DNA of 64,000 bases from an uncultured Gemmatimonadales bacterium (GCA_963739455.1 CAVUAK010000003.1:352001-416000); one strand, 5' to 3'; counted from the first letter of the stretch, positions 45,300 to 56,213 are shown. Numbers and translations are program-made. Notes: generated by a model not told the origin, from the letters alone.

Positions 45300-45791
45300 T
45301 CACGGCGTCCCGCCGAGGATCTCGGCGGCCTCCGCATCCATCTGCTTCCGGTGTTCGACGAGGCGCAGCGCGTAGCGCTCGAGCGCCTTCTCGCGTTCCG
45401 TTTCCGGCACCCACTGCGGTACCTGCATCGGCTTGCCATCCACCCCGAGGGCCACGAACACCGCCAGGCAGTATGCACAGCGGTGCGTGTCCCGTTCCCG
45501 TGGGTCACCCGCGAAGATGTCGATGAAGATGTGCATGCTCGAACGCCCGGTGTGAATCACCTGGCTGCGCATGTCCACCGCCGAGCCAACCATGATCGGC
45601 TTGAGGAAGTGCAGTGAGCCGACGTAGACCGTGACGCAGTAGGTGCCGCTCCACTGCGCGGCGCAGGTATAGCCCGCCTGGTCGATCCACTTCATGACCA
45701 TCCCGCCATGCACCTTGCCGCCGAAGTTCACGTGCGACGGTTCGGTGAGGAACCGGAGCAGGCTCTTGCCGGGGCCGCTGTGGTCCTCCAT
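45300..45791 (-). CDS. hotdog-fold acyl-CoA thioesterase (YciA-like)
   Basis: VNFGGKVHGGMVMKWIDQAG, CVTV, FLKPI.VG, TGRSSM, FVAL..DGKP. Confidence 0.9.
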   Translation of the reverse strand: MEDHSGPGKSLLRFLTEPSHVNFGGKVHGGMVMKWIDQAGYTCAAQWSGTYCVTVYVGSLHFLKPIMVGSAVDMRSQVIHTGRSSMHIFIDIFAGDPRERDTHRCAYCLAVFVALGVDGKPMQVPQWVPETEREKALERYALRLVEHRKQMDAEAAEILGGTP

Positions 45792-45985
45792 CGGGCGTCC
45801 TTTCGTTGTGGGCCGGGGTGGCACTCTTTGTGCACTTTTGCGACAGGTCGAGGCCCTGTCCGGGCGCTCGTTCAGTGCTCACAGTAGTAGTCCAACTTAG
45901 CGTGGAATCAGCGCTTGGATACCCTCAGCGGGGCGCGGAAACTGGCTGGCAACAGGGGCCCCTCAAGGGCGCTCCCAGTGCTGCC

Positions 45986-47893
45986 ATGCACGATGCAACG
46001 ATGACCGCCCCCTCCGAACTGGGCTCGGTGACCCACGTCACCTGTCCGCGCTGCAGTGGTGAGCGCGGTACGACGTGCGTCTGTACGCCGCATGATCCAC
46101 TGCCTGGTGACGCCGAACTCATTCATGCGCTGAGCGAAGCACTTGGCCCGCAGTATGTCGTGGTCCGTCGCCTGGCCCAGGGCGGCTTCTCCGATGTCTT
46201 CGAGATCTGCGACATCGAGCTGGATCGCCGTCTCGCCGTGAAGGTGTTGCGGCCCGACGTCGCCTGGACCCACGGCATGCGGGCCCGCTTCAAGCAGGAA
46301 GCACGCGCGATCGCCAAGCTCAATCACCAGCACACCGTCCCGATCCACTTCGTTGGCGACAGCGAAGGGCTCGTTTTCTACGTGATGTCCTTCGTCGAGG
46401 GTCCGACCCTCGCCGACCTGCTCCTGGCGCAGGGCCCACTCAATCCGCACACGCTGGTCCCGATGGTGCTGCCGGTCCTCGAGGCGCTCGAGCACGCGCA
46501 TGCCCATGGCATCATTCATCGCGACATCAAGCCCGACAATGTGCTTATCGAGGAAGCGACGGGTCGCCCGCTCCTCCTCGACTTCGGCATTGCCAAGTGC
46601 CTCGACGGCATCTCGACGCACACGCAGGTCGGCTTCGTGGTCGGGACGCCCCTCTACATGAGTCCGGAACAGGCGCTCGGCCGTGACACCGTCGATGCGC
46701 GCGCCGACTTGTACGCGTTCGGCGCGATGCTGTTCCAGTTGCTCACTGGCGCGCCGCCCTACGAGGGCAAGACCTCGCAGGAGATCGTCGGGCGCCACCT
46801 GTCGGAACCGGTTCCCGATGCCTCGGTACGCAACCCGCGCGTCCCGGCGTGGCTCACCCAGGTGATCCGCCGGTGCATGGCCAAGGATCCCGCCGACCGC
46901 TACGCGTCGGCGGGTCACGTCATGGAGGCCCTCCGGGCCGGCCTGGCAAGCATGCCTGCGGCGGCGAACGGCCAGACGCCGTCCAGGAAGCCTTCCAGTC
47001 CGATGGCGTCGTTGCCTGTCGAGCTGGTGAGCGTGAAGCGGCAGCCTCTCGGCCGCCTGGGCCTGCGCAGCCGCGGCAGTGCTGCTTGTCGTTGCTGCTG
47101 CCGCAGCCATGTCGCGCCCGGGCACGCCCGTTACCTATGTCGTTGCCAATCGCCTGCTGAGTCCTGTGTGGGTTACCCTGGCCGATGGTCGCCAGCAGCT
47201 CGTTGATCCGGGTGACAGCCTTCGCCTGCAGTGGCCCGCCGGAAGGGAACTGGTCGCCAACTGGTCGATCGTCCGGCCGGTCTCGGCGAACGGGAAGGCA
47301 CTTGGCGAGGAGCTCAAGGGCTCGTTCAAGGACAGCGATCCCAGCGGCGTGGTACGTCACGCCATCGACGTTTCGGCCGCGGGGAACGAAGTGTACTTCG
47401 CACCGCGCGTCACCAACGCGGCAGGCGTATCACTGCGTGTCGCCGTCGAGTCACGGCCGGGGCAGCAACTCTGCGACTGTGATGTTCCTTCCGACGCGTC
47501 ACCAACCTCGCTCGGCTACTACCGGCTCCTGCCGGGTACCACCGTGCGGGTGCGGGACGCCTCGGGACGCGAGGCGGTGTTCGACGGTCTCGATGCGCGC
47601 CTGCAGGCCGGGTCCGGCCTCGTCGCACTCCGCGTCGAGAAGCGTGACCTGCCGTCCCTTGCGCGCGCACCGGAGCGCAGCACGCCACGCACGCGTTCGA
47701 ACACCTATGCCTCACGCGTGTCGGTCGCGGCGCCGGAGCCGGTGATCGAGAGCCAGTGGCCACCGTCTTACCCGAGCCCGTGGTCGAGGCACCAGCACCC
47801 GAGCCGGTGGTCGAGGCACCGCCGCCTCCGCCGGAGAAGAAGCAGGTACAGCGCAGCACCAGCCCGGTCAGCGGCTTCCTCCCCGCGCGCTGA
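45986..47893 (+). CDS. Ser/Thr kinase with TM segment, extracytoplasmic domain and Pro-rich tail (frameshifts near 47070, 47770)
   Basis: N-terminal [34 protein letters not shown]; downstream frames give a beta-rich domain and EPVVEAP repeats. Confidence 0.8.
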
Positions 47894-47941
47894 AGTCTTC
47901 CGGTCGCCACGCGACCGGAACCTCACTCCCGAGCACAAGCG

Positions 47942-49495
47942 ATGGCTGACGACCAGCCCACCGTGACCCAGACGGTCACCATACCGCAGGCCGGCCCGGT
48001 TACGGACCGGCTCGCGTCGGCGCTGGGTGCGCAGTACGAGTTGCGCGGTCGCGTCGGGTCGGGAGGCTTCGCCGAGGTCTACGAAGTGTTCGACCGGCAG
48101 CTGGAACGGAAGCTCGCCGTGAAGGTGCTGCGACCGGACCTGATCTGGGCCGAGGGCACCCTGGCGCGTTTCCGGGAGGAGGCGCGCGCGATCGCTGCAC
48201 TCGACCATCCCAACATCCTGCCCATTCATTTCGTCGGTGAAGGCCAGGGCCTCGTCTATTACGCGATGCCCTTCGTTGACGGTGAGCCGCTGACGGCAGC
48301 ACTCAAGCGCGAGGGGCCGATGCCGGTGGCTCGCGCGGTGCCGCTCGCCCTTGGGTTGCTGGGCGCGCTGGAACACGCACACGAGTCGGGGCTGGTTCAC
48401 CGCGACATCAAGCCCGACAACATCATGCTCGATACCCGAACGGGCCGGCCGCTGCTGGTGGATTTCGGCATCGCCAAGCGACTTGATGGGAGCGCAGGGA
48501 ACACGCAGGCCGGGTTCGTGGTGGGCACGCCCGCTTACATGAGTCCCGAGCAGGCGATGGGGCATGCTGACCTGGACCGGCGCGCCGATGTCTACTCCTT
48601 CGGGGCGGTCCTGTTCCAGATGCTCACGGGCACCCCGCCTTACGACGGCGAGGATAGCCAGGAAGTAGTCCGGCAGCACCTGTCCGCGCCCGTCCCGGCG
48701 CCGGAATCCCGGAAGGCAGGTATCCCGCACTGGCTTTCCGAGGTCGTAGTGCGGGCGCTGGCGAAGGATCGGGGCCAACGGTTCCAGAATGCCGGAGAGA
48801 TGGCGCAAGCACTGCGCACCGGGGGCGGTGGCACTGCGGCGCCCGGGGAACCGGGTGTGCTCCGTATTGCCCTCGGCGTGGTTGGCGCCGCGCTCCTGCT
48901 CGTCATGGCCCTTGGCTACCTGGCCAATCGCAACGTTCCGTTGCTCATGGTGAACCGGCTGTCCGTGCCGATCGGAGTGGTGGTTGGCAACGAGCCCGAG
49001 CGGCGGGTGCCACCAGGTGACTCGAGCATGATCACGGTGCCGCGCACGCCCTCACTTTCGGTGAGCTGGTATGCCATCGGCCCGCGCTCCGGACGGGGTC
49101 AGGCGGCTGGCAGTGACCTCCAGCGAACGCACACCCTCGATGCGCGCCAGCGCGCGCTCCGGATCGAGGCCCGAGCCGATAGCAGTGCGCCGGCGGTATT
49201 CCTGCCCTACATCACCAACGCGACGGGCCAGCCGCTGACGCTCCGGATCAACGTCGGCTCCGCAGCGGAGGAGTCGTGTCGCTGCAGCGTGCCGCCGGGT
49301 GCGGTTCGTGTGCCGCTCGGCTACTTCCCCCTGTACCGCAACAGCAGCGTTCGCGCGATCCTGCCCAACGGACGGATCGCCACCTTCGAGGGCCTGGGGT
49401 CGCAGGTCAACCGGGTGTCGGGAGTGGTGCGGCTGCGTTTTGACGAAGGGGACTTCAAGGATCCCAAGGCGCTGCAGGGAAGGCTGTCAAAGTAG
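47942..49495 (+). CDS. paralogous Ser/Thr kinase with TM segment and the same extracytoplasmic domain
   Basis: [50 protein letters not shown]. Confidence 0.9.
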   Translation: MADDQPTVTQTVTIPQAGPVTDRLASALGAQYELRGRVGSGGFAEVYEVFDRQLERKLAVKVLRPDLIWAEGTLARFREEARAIAALDHPNILPIHFVGEGQGLVYYAMPFVDGEPLTAALKREGPMPVARAVPLALGLLGALEHAHESGLVHRDIKPDNIMLDTRTGRPLLVDFGIAKRLDGSAGNTQAGFVVGTPAYMSPEQAMGHADLDRRADVYSFGAVLFQMLTGTPPYDGEDSQEVVRQHLSAPVPAPESRKAGIPHWLSEVVVRALAKDRGQRFQNAGEMAQALRTGGGGTAAPGEPGVLRIALGVVGAALLLVMALGYLANRNVPLLMVNRLSVPIGVVVGNEPERRVPPGDSSMITVPRTPSLSVSWYAIGPRSGRGQAAGSDLQRTHTLDARQRALRIEARADSSAPAVFLPYITNATGQPLTLRINVGSAAEESCRCSVPPGAVRVPLGYFPLYRNSSVRAILPNGRIATFEGLGSQVNRVSGVVRLRFDEGDFKDPKALQGRLSK

Positions 49496-49526
49496 GGCCC
49501 GCTCACCGCTCACCGCGCACCGCGGG

Positions 49527-50711
49527 TCAGCTCCGCTTCAACCCCAGAATCCCGGCCGGCCCCACCGCATTGTCACCGAATTTCTCTCGCACCTGATCGA
49601 CCGCTCGCGACAACTGCCGGAGCTTCTCTCGTTGCGGGGCCTCGAAGAGGTCTGGTGCCGACGCGCGCGTGAGGTTGGTGGCGCTCACGCCAATCAGCCG
49701 CACCGCACGGTTCCGCTGTCGTACTGCGCTGAATGCGGTCAGGAACAGCGGCCGGACCGCCTCGAAGAGCTCCCGGTCGAGGTCGGTGGCCTCGGGCAGG
49801 GTGGCGCTGCGCGTCACGGTGGTGAAGTCGTCGTGACGCAGCTTGAGCGTGACGGTGCGCGCCATGAGGTGCTCATCGCGCAGCTGTGCCGACACGCGGG
49901 TGACGAACAGCAGCAGCATCGTCTCGAGCTCGTCGGGGTCGCGCACGTCGATACTGAACGTCGTCTCTCGGCTCACCGAGCGCGGCAAGCGATCGCCCCG
50001 CAGCACCGTGCCGCCCCAGCCGTGGGCCCGCAGCTTGAGCGGCCGGGCCTCGTCGCCGATGAGCCGCGCGAGCTGTGCCTCGGGCATCTGCTGCACTTGC
50101 CAGACATCATCCAGCCCAAGCGTGGCAAGGCGCCGCGCCGTGGCTGGACCGATTCCGGGCATCGCGCGGAGTGGCAGGCCGGCGAGAAACCCCTCTTCCC
50201 ATCCGGTGCGTACCTCAGTGATCCCCCGCGGCTTGGCGGCATCGGACGCGAGCTTCGCCACCATCCGGTTGGGGCCGATGCCGATGCTCACGTCGAGCTC
50301 GGCCTCGCGGCGCACGGAATCGCGAATGGATTGAGCCACTGGAAGCAGGGAGACCGGATGCAGGCGCTCGGTGCCGGTGAAGTCGAGATAGCCCTCATCG
50401 AGCCCCGACATGACCACGGTAGGCGAGAATCGCTCGAGGATGGCGCGGACCTGGCGCGAGGCATCACGGTACCAGGCGAACTCGCCAGCGAAGAAGGTGG
50501 CCGCTGGGCAGAGCGCCACCGCGCGGGCAATTGGCATCCCGGCGCGAATGCCGAACTTCCGCGCACCATAGGATGCCGATTGTACGACGCTGCGTGATTC
50601 CCGCCGTCCGCCGACCACGAGCAGGTCGACGGCGCGCAACTCCGGGTTCCGCTGCCGGCACACCTCGACGAAGAACGCGTCGAGATCGACATGCATCAGG
50701 CGTGCGGGCAT
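49527..50711 (-). CDS. dinB: DNA polymerase IV (Y family)
   Basis: HVDLDAFF, SASYGARKFG, GLDEGYLD, AKLASD.AKP.G, PGIG, KLR..DF.T.TRS, VRLIGV. Confidence 0.92.
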   Translation of the reverse strand: MPARLMHVDLDAFFVEVCRQRNPELRAVDLLVVGGRRESRSVVQSASYGARKFGIRAGMPIARAVALCPAATFFAGEFAWYRDASRQVRAILERFSPTVVMSGLDEGYLDFTGTERLHPVSLLPVAQSIRDSVRREAELDVSIGIGPNRMVAKLASDAAKPRGITEVRTGWEEGFLAGLPLRAMPGIGPATARRLATLGLDDVWQVQQMPEAQLARLIGDEARPLKLRAHGWGGTVLRGDRLPRSVSRETTFSIDVRDPDELETMLLLFVTRVSAQLRDEHLMARTVTLKLRHDDFTTVTRSATLPEATDLDRELFEAVRPLFLTAFSAVRQRNRAVRLIGVSATNLTRASAPDLFEAPQREKLRQLSRAVDQVREKFGDNAVGPAGILGLKRS

Positions 50712-50717
50712 CGTGAC

Positions 50718-51773
50718 CTACTGCACGTCGATGGCCGCGATCTGCGCGCCCTTGTACTTCGTCGCGCTGTTGGCTCCCACCGGAAAGTTGAGGTTCGCGA
50801 TGTAGAACGTGTTGCCGATGCGCTTGAACTCGGCCGGGAAGTGGAGCACCGCGGCGGTCGGGTCGTGCGCGACGATGGTGACGACACCGTCCGGCGTGAT
50901 ACGTGCGAGCGCGTTGCGGAAGTTGGCGGTGACCCAGATGTCACCGTTCGGCATGACGTTGATGCCGTCCGCGCCGAGGAGCCGTTCGTCCTTGGCGACC
51001 GAGGTGATGGCTCCCAGCTCGTAGCCAGGCTTTACCTCGATGCGGGTGATCTCGCCGGTGCCGGTATTGCCCGTGTACACATTGCCGGCAGAGTCGATGC
51101 CGAGGCCGTTGGTCACGTAGGCGCGTACCGGCATCGTGGTGTCATTCGACACCATGGTGTACCCCTTGGCGAACACTTTTGCCTGCCCGCCATTTGGCCC
51201 AACGTGGTACACCGCATTGGCGTCTCCGCCCGAGATCCAGAGGTGGCCGTTGGCATCGAACGCGAGGCCATTGGCCCCTGCCGCGCCCGATGCGAATGCC
51301 TCCACGTCCTTGCGCGGCTTGAAGTCTGCCTTGCCCAGCTTCGCTGCGTCGATGCGGTAGATGATGCCTGTCTGGGGTGCGGCGACATAGACATTTCCGC
51401 CCGAATCAGTGGCCACCCCGAGAAGGCTCTCACCCGGCTTGGTTGGCAGCTGCCCCACCCGTTCGACCCGCCCGTCCGCCGCGTCCACGCTGTAGACGCC
51501 GCCGTCCTTCCAGTCCGCCACGTACAGCTTTCCGCCATGCGCCGCGACACCCTCGATCCGGGACGGGGCGTCGCCGATCGTGGCGAAGATGCGCGCCTGG
51601 CCCGCCACCGGGGCCGTGGCGCCGTTGCTGACCGCGGCGCTGTCCTGCGCGACTGGCGCAACGGCTGGGGGCGGAGCGGCCGGGCCGAATGCGCTGCGAA
51701 GGAAATAGATCGCGATCGCGGCGGTGGCGGCGCCCGCGACAAGGCCCAGGGTTCGTCGAGAGGATGATGGCAT
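50718..51773 (-). CDS. SMP-30/gluconolactonase-like beta-propeller protein
   Basis: N-terminal anchor; repeated EG/NG/DG..D..GN.YV blade motifs. Confidence 0.75.
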   Translation of the reverse strand: MPSSSRRTLGLVAGAATAAIAIYFLRSAFGPAAPPPAVAPVAQDSAAVSNGATAPVAGQARIFATIGDAPSRIEGVAAHGGKLYVADWKDGGVYSVDAADGRVERVGQLPTKPGESLLGVATDSGGNVYVAAPQTGIIYRIDAAKLGKADFKPRKDVEAFASGAAGANGLAFDANGHLWISGGDANAVYHVGPNGGQAKVFAKGYTMVSNDTTMPVRAYVTNGLGIDSAGNVYTGNTGTGEITRIEVKPGYELGAITSVAKDERLLGADGINVMPNGDIWVTANFRNALARITPDGVVTIVAHDPTAAVLHFPAEFKRIGNTFYIANLNFPVGANSATKYKGAQIAAIDVQ

Positions 51774-51786
51774 GTGAGGACTGCTC

Positions 51787-52848
51787 CTAGACCAGGTGGA
51801 CGGCGGTTGCCTTCAATCCTAACCACAAGCGGACACCCGCCCGAAGCCCCAGTTCGCTCGCGGTCGCCACCGTAACCGCCGCCACGAGGTCACGCCCCGC
51901 GGCAAGCTGGACCTGCACGACCGGCCCCAGGTGTTCCACCCGCTCGACCACAGCCTCGATTCGGTTGCGGATCGAGGCGGGCAGTGGCTCAGCGCTCAGG
52001 AGCAGGTCTTCTGGACGGATCACCGCATGGGCCGCACCCTCGCGTTCGGCGATGACGTGCAGCTCCAGTGCGCCGCTCGTGAAGCGCGCCGGGAACCGCC
52101 CATCTCCCTCCAGCGGGCCGGTGCGCTCCACCTGCCCGGCAATGACATTGCCGGTGCCGACGAACCGCGCGACAAAGGCAGAGTTGGGGAACCGGAACAC
52201 CTCCTCCGGTCGCCCCTGTTGGACGATGCGCCCGTCGGCCATCACGGCGACCATATCACCAAGGCGCAGTGCGTCATCGAAATCGTGGGTCACCTGCAGC
52301 GTCGTGATGCCCTCGGCTTCATGCAGGGCGCGAAGCTCCCTCCGCAGCAGGGTGCGGGTGGCTGGGTCCACGGCGGCGAACGGCTCGTCCAGCAGCAGCA
52401 CCGACGGTCTTGGCGCGAGCGCCCGCGCTATCGCCACCCGCTGCTGCTCCCCACCGCTCAGGCCATGCACGCTGCGCTCCAGCAGCGTATTGATGCCAAG
52501 CATTCCGGCGAGCGCCTGCACCCGTGACTCGGCGGCGTCACCGGCCGACTGGCCACGCAGGCCATAGGCGATGTTCTCCCGGACCGACAGGTGGGGGAAC
52601 AGGTGATAGTGCTGGTAGACGATGCCGAGCCGGCGCTTTTCCGGGGGCAGGTCGGTGACATCCTCACCATGCGCCCAGACTCGTCCGCCGAGCAACGGGG
52701 TATGGCCTGCGATGGCATCCAGCAGCGTCGTCTTGCCGCTCCCTGTGGGCCCGATGATCAGGGCATAACCACCGGTGGGCACCTCGAAGGTGATATCCGT
52801 CAGGTCGAAGCGTCCGACCCGCAGTCGCAGCCCGTCGAGGCGGATCAC
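51787..52848 (-). CDS. ABC ATP-binding protein with TOBE domain (WtpC/ModC-like)
   Basis: Walker A GPTGSGKT, LSGGEQQR, LLLDEP, VTHD; C-terminal SIRNRI...LKATAVH TOBE. Confidence 0.88.
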   Translation of the reverse strand: MIRLDGLRLRVGRFDLTDITFEVPTGGYALIIGPTGSGKTTLLDAIAGHTPLLGGRVWAHGEDVTDLPPEKRRLGIVYQHYHLFPHLSVRENIAYGLRGQSAGDAAESRVQALAGMLGINTLLERSVHGLSGGEQQRVAIARALAPRPSVLLLDEPFAAVDPATRTLLRRELRALHEAEGITTLQVTHDFDDALRLGDMVAVMADGRIVQQGRPEEVFRFPNSAFVARFVGTGNVIAGQVERTGPLEGDGRFPARFTSGALELHVIAEREGAAHAVIRPEDLLLSAEPLPASIRNRIEAVVERVEHLGPVVQVQLAAGRDLVAAVTVATASELGLRAGVRLWLGLKATAVHLV

Positions 52849-53666
52849 TGGTGCTCCCTCGGCTCGACCAGGCGCACCAGGGCGAAGACGGCCAGGGCGA
52901 CGATGAGGAGAAGGACCGCCGCGGGGATGGCAGCCGGTAGCCCGTACGCGGTAAATCGGTCGAAGATCAGGATGCTGGCAACCTTCGGGTTGTACGTGAG
53001 GATCACGATCGAGCCGAACTCACTGACGCTCCGCGCCCAGGCGAGGATGCTGCCGGCCAGGATGCCGCGGCCGGCAAGTGGCAGCGTGACGCGTCGGAAA
53101 GACCCCCAGGCGGTATCTCCCAGCGAGCGTGCCACCCGCTCCAGCTTCGGGTCCACGGTCGCAAAGGCCTCGCGCGCGCCGCTCACCAGCAGCGGTGCGG
53201 AGACGAACAACATGCCCGCCACGATCCCGGGCACGTGGCTGACAAACTCGAGTCCTGCCGCCGCGAGCGTGCCGCCCACCAGGGAATGCCGTCCGAGAAA
53301 GAGCAGCAGCGCAATGCCGGCCACGGGGTGCGGCACGACCACCGGCAGGTCCACAATGCCCTGCAGCAGGCGGCGCCCGGGGAAGCGGGCGCGCGCCAGC
53401 AGGAAGCCGAGCGGCACCCCCAGCATGGCTGCGATCGCCGTCGCCGCGGTGGCGCAGAGTACGGTCAGCACGATCGACGCTTGCAGCTCGGGGTCGGCGA
53501 GCGCCCGACCGAGGCCCTCGGGCGACGCCATGAACAGGAGGCGCACCAGGGGGCCCACGATGAACAGGATCAGGATCGAGCCGAGCAGTGCGAGCACGAG
53601 TCGCGGCGCGGTGAGGCGGGTAGGGGTCAGGGGTGGCTCCGGCAATTCGGGTAGGTCCGTCGCCAA
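52845..53666 (-). CDS. tungstate/molybdate ABC permease (WtpB-like)
   Basis: IVDLPVVVPH.VAGIALL, ARSLG, WARSVSEFGSI. Confidence 0.85.
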   Translation of the reverse strand: MATDLPELPEPPLTPTRLTAPRLVLALLGSILILFIVGPLVRLLFMASPEGLGRALADPELQASIVLTVLCATAATAIAAMLGVPLGFLLARARFPGRRLLQGIVDLPVVVPHPVAGIALLLFLGRHSLVGGTLAAAGLEFVSHVPGIVAGMLFVSAPLLVSGAREAFATVDPKLERVARSLGDTAWGSFRRVTLPLAGRGILAGSILAWARSVSEFGSIVILTYNPKVASILIFDRFTAYGLPAAIPAAVLLLIVALAVFALVRLVEPREHQ

Positions 53667-53752
53667 CCGGCGGGCATGAGGGGAACCTATATTCGGTCAG
53701 GCCGGTGCGCCCGTTCCTGCCGGCACGGACCCTAGTCGAGGAGCATTGCCCG

Positions 53753-54289
53753 ATGATCAGTCCCAGGATGCAGGACGCGCTGAACGAACAGATCCGGAAC
53801 GAGTTCTTCTCGTCCGTCACCTACCTGTCGATGTCGGCCCACTTCGAGCACCAGAACCTCCCCGGATTCGCGGCCTGGATGCGCGCGCAGGCGGGCGAGG
53901 AGCATGTCCACGCCATGAAGATCTTCGACCATGTGCTCGATCGAGGCGGACAGGTGAAGATGCTGGCGATCGCGCAGCCGCCGGTCCAGTTCGATGCGGC
54001 GCTCTCCGTGTTCGAGGCTGCGCTGCAGCAGGAGCGCGCCGTCACCAAGAGCATCCACGACCTGTACGCCATGGCCATGGAGACAAAGGACTACCCGGCT
54101 CGTGTGTTCCTCGACTGGTTCGTGAATGAGCAGGTGGAGGAAGAGAAGACGGCGGAACTCATCGTGGAGCAGCTCAAGATGGTGGGCGAAGATCGCCCTG
54201 CGCTGCTGCTGCTCGATCGTGAGCTCGGCCAGCGGAAGGGTGACGGCGGCGATCACAAGAAGAAGAAGGACGACGGGCATCATGGCTGA
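53753..54289 (+). CDS. ftnA: non-heme ferritin
   Basis: LNEQI.NE..S...YLSM, EE..HA.K, E..VT..I, FL.WFV.EQVEEE, LLLLD.EL. Confidence 0.9.
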   Translation: MISPRMQDALNEQIRNEFFSSVTYLSMSAHFEHQNLPGFAAWMRAQAGEEHVHAMKIFDHVLDRGGQVKMLAIAQPPVQFDAALSVFEAALQQERAVTKSIHDLYAMAMETKDYPARVFLDWFVNEQVEEEKTAELIVEQLKMVGEDRPALLLLDRELGQRKGDGGDHKKKKDDGHHG

Positions 54290-54307
54290 TGCGCGCGAGG
54301 CATCGCG

Positions 54308-55198
54308 ATGACCACAGTCGCATTCCTCGGGCTCGGTGCGATCGGCCGTCCGATGGCCGTTCGGGTGGCGGCGCGCTTTCCCCTGACGGTGTGGAACCGC
54401 ACCGCGGCGCGCGCCACTGAACTCGCCGCCGAGGTGGGTGCCCGCGCGGCGGCTACGCCCCGCCAGGCCGTGGCGGGTGCCCCGATCGTGATCACCTGTC
54501 TCCCGACTTCTGCTGAGGTCGAGGCGCTGCTCGACGGGCCCGATGGACTTCTTGCCGGCTTCGAGCAGGGCGCACTGCTCGTCGATTGCACGTCGGGTGA
54601 TCCCGCCAGCAGCCGTCGCATCGCGGCGCGACTGGAGCCACTGGGCTTCGGCTTTGTCGACGCACCAGTGAGTGGCGGCACCAACGGCGCGGAGGGCGGC
54701 ACCCTCACGGTCATGGTCGGCGGCGATCCGCAGTTGTTCGACAAGGCTGCGCCGGTGCTCGCGGCGTTCGGCTCGCGGATCGTGCGGATGGGGCCGGTGG
54801 GGACGGGCCACGCCATGAAGGCGGTCAACAACGCGCTCCTGGCGGTCAACATCCTCGCCGTGGGCGAAGGACTCGCCGCACTCATCAAGGCGGGTGTGCC
54901 GGCACGCACGGCGGTCAACGTGCTCAACGCATCGAGTGGCCGGTCGTTCGTGAGCGAGATGCTGGTGCCTGAGCGCGTGCTGACCGGTGCGTTCCCGAAG
55001 ACCTTCAAGCTGACGCTGCTGCAGAAGGATGCCGGCATCGCCGCCGGCCTGCTCCGCGACACGGGTGTTCCCGGGCCCATCATCGATCTCGCGCACAAGC
55101 TCTATGGCGAGGCGCGTGCGAAACTCGGTGACGGAGCCGACTACCTCGAGGCAGTCAAGGTCATTGAGGCACAAGCTGGGATCGAGATTCGGGGATGA
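54308..55198 (+). CDS. NAD(P)-dependent beta-hydroxyacid dehydrogenase (3-hydroxyisobutyrate dehydrogenase family)
   Basis: FLGLGAIG.PMA, WNRT, DAPVSGG, G.L.VMVGG, K.VNN, KD. Confidence 0.88.
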   Translation: MTTVAFLGLGAIGRPMAVRVAARFPLTVWNRTAARATELAAEVGARAAATPRQAVAGAPIVITCLPTSAEVEALLDGPDGLLAGFEQGALLVDCTSGDPASSRRIAARLEPLGFGFVDAPVSGGTNGAEGGTLTVMVGGDPQLFDKAAPVLAAFGSRIVRMGPVGTGHAMKAVNNALLAVNILAVGEGLAALIKAGVPARTAVNVLNASSGRSFVSEMLVPERVLTGAFPKTFKLTLLQKDAGIAAGLLRDTGVPGPIIDLAHKLYGEARAKLGDGADYLEAVKVIEAQAGIEIRG

Positions 55199-55238
55199 CC
55201 TTCCTGCCGCCCCGCCGCCCTGACTCCTTGCCGCTCCT

Positions 55239-56099
55239 GTGAGCCTTCCGGTCCCGGTCCACCTGGTCCTGATCGCACCACAGGACATCGTGAACGTGGC
55301 GAGTGCGGTGCGCATCTGCCGCAACTTCGGCATCACAAGCATGCGGGTCGTGGCGCCGGAGGTGGAGCTCGACGCGTATCGCATCGAGGGCGTTGCGCAC
55401 AACACTGCGGAGTTCATTTCCCGGATCGAGGTATACGACACGCTCGAGCCGGCACTCGCCGATTGTGTGCAGGCGATGGTGCTCACCGGCCGCGAGCGTG
55501 CTGCCAAGCGCCGCGTGATCCGGCCGCGCGAGGCCGCGTCGGAACTGCTCGACTGGGGCGTGAGCGGGCCGGTGGCCATCGTGGCGGGCCGTGAGGATCA
55601 TGGACTCACCAACGAGGAGCTCGACGCCTGCCACACCCTCGTCACGATATCGACCGACCCGACCTACACCTCGCTCAACCTGGCGCAAGCAATTGCCGTG
55701 ATGTGTTACGAGGTGTGGACGGCGGCGGGCGGTGACAAGGTGCCGTTCAAGAAGCCGCGCCGTGCAGCGAAGCCCGCGACGCTGGCAGAGCAGGAACTGA
55801 TGTTCAACGACTGGGTGCGGACGCTGTCCGCCATCGAGTTCTTCAAGACACGGCAGTACGACAACGTGGTGCGATCGCTGCGCGAGACGTTCTTCCGCGC
55901 GGGGCTCGACCAGCGCGAAGCAAAGCTCTTCCGCGCCATGAGCATCGAGGTGATCCATTTCCTCCGGCGCATGGGCGTCACCCTGCCAGACGTCGGGCGT
56001 CCCGGGTCGCTCCCCAGGCTGGTGGAATCGGACGCGCTGAACGAGCAGGTTGAGGCCTCGGCCGGGGCTCCGGGAACGACCAGAGACGCCGCCGGGTAG
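55239..56099 (+). CDS. trmJ: SPOUT RNA methyltransferase, TrmJ/LasT family
   Basis: VL..P....NV....R...NFG, GRED.GLTNEEL, SLNLAQA. Confidence 0.8.
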   Translation: MSLPVPVHLVLIAPQDIVNVASAVRICRNFGITSMRVVAPEVELDAYRIEGVAHNTAEFISRIEVYDTLEPALADCVQAMVLTGRERAAKRRVIRPREAASELLDWGVSGPVAIVAGREDHGLTNEELDACHTLVTISTDPTYTSLNLAQAIAVMCYEVWTAAGGDKVPFKKPRRAAKPATLAEQELMFNDWVRTLSAIEFFKTRQYDNVVRSLRETFFRAGLDQREAKLFRAMSIEVIHFLRRMGVTLPDVGRPGSLPRLVESDALNEQVEASAGAPGTTRDAAG

Positions 56100-56213
56100 T
56101 CTTCCGGAGCCGGAACAGGTAGTGGTTCCTTCCGGATGGCCTGTCCGGGTTGTGTTATCACCATTGGTGACTGTACCTTAGCTGGCCTTCGAGGGTGCAT
56201 CTTGACGGCACCC

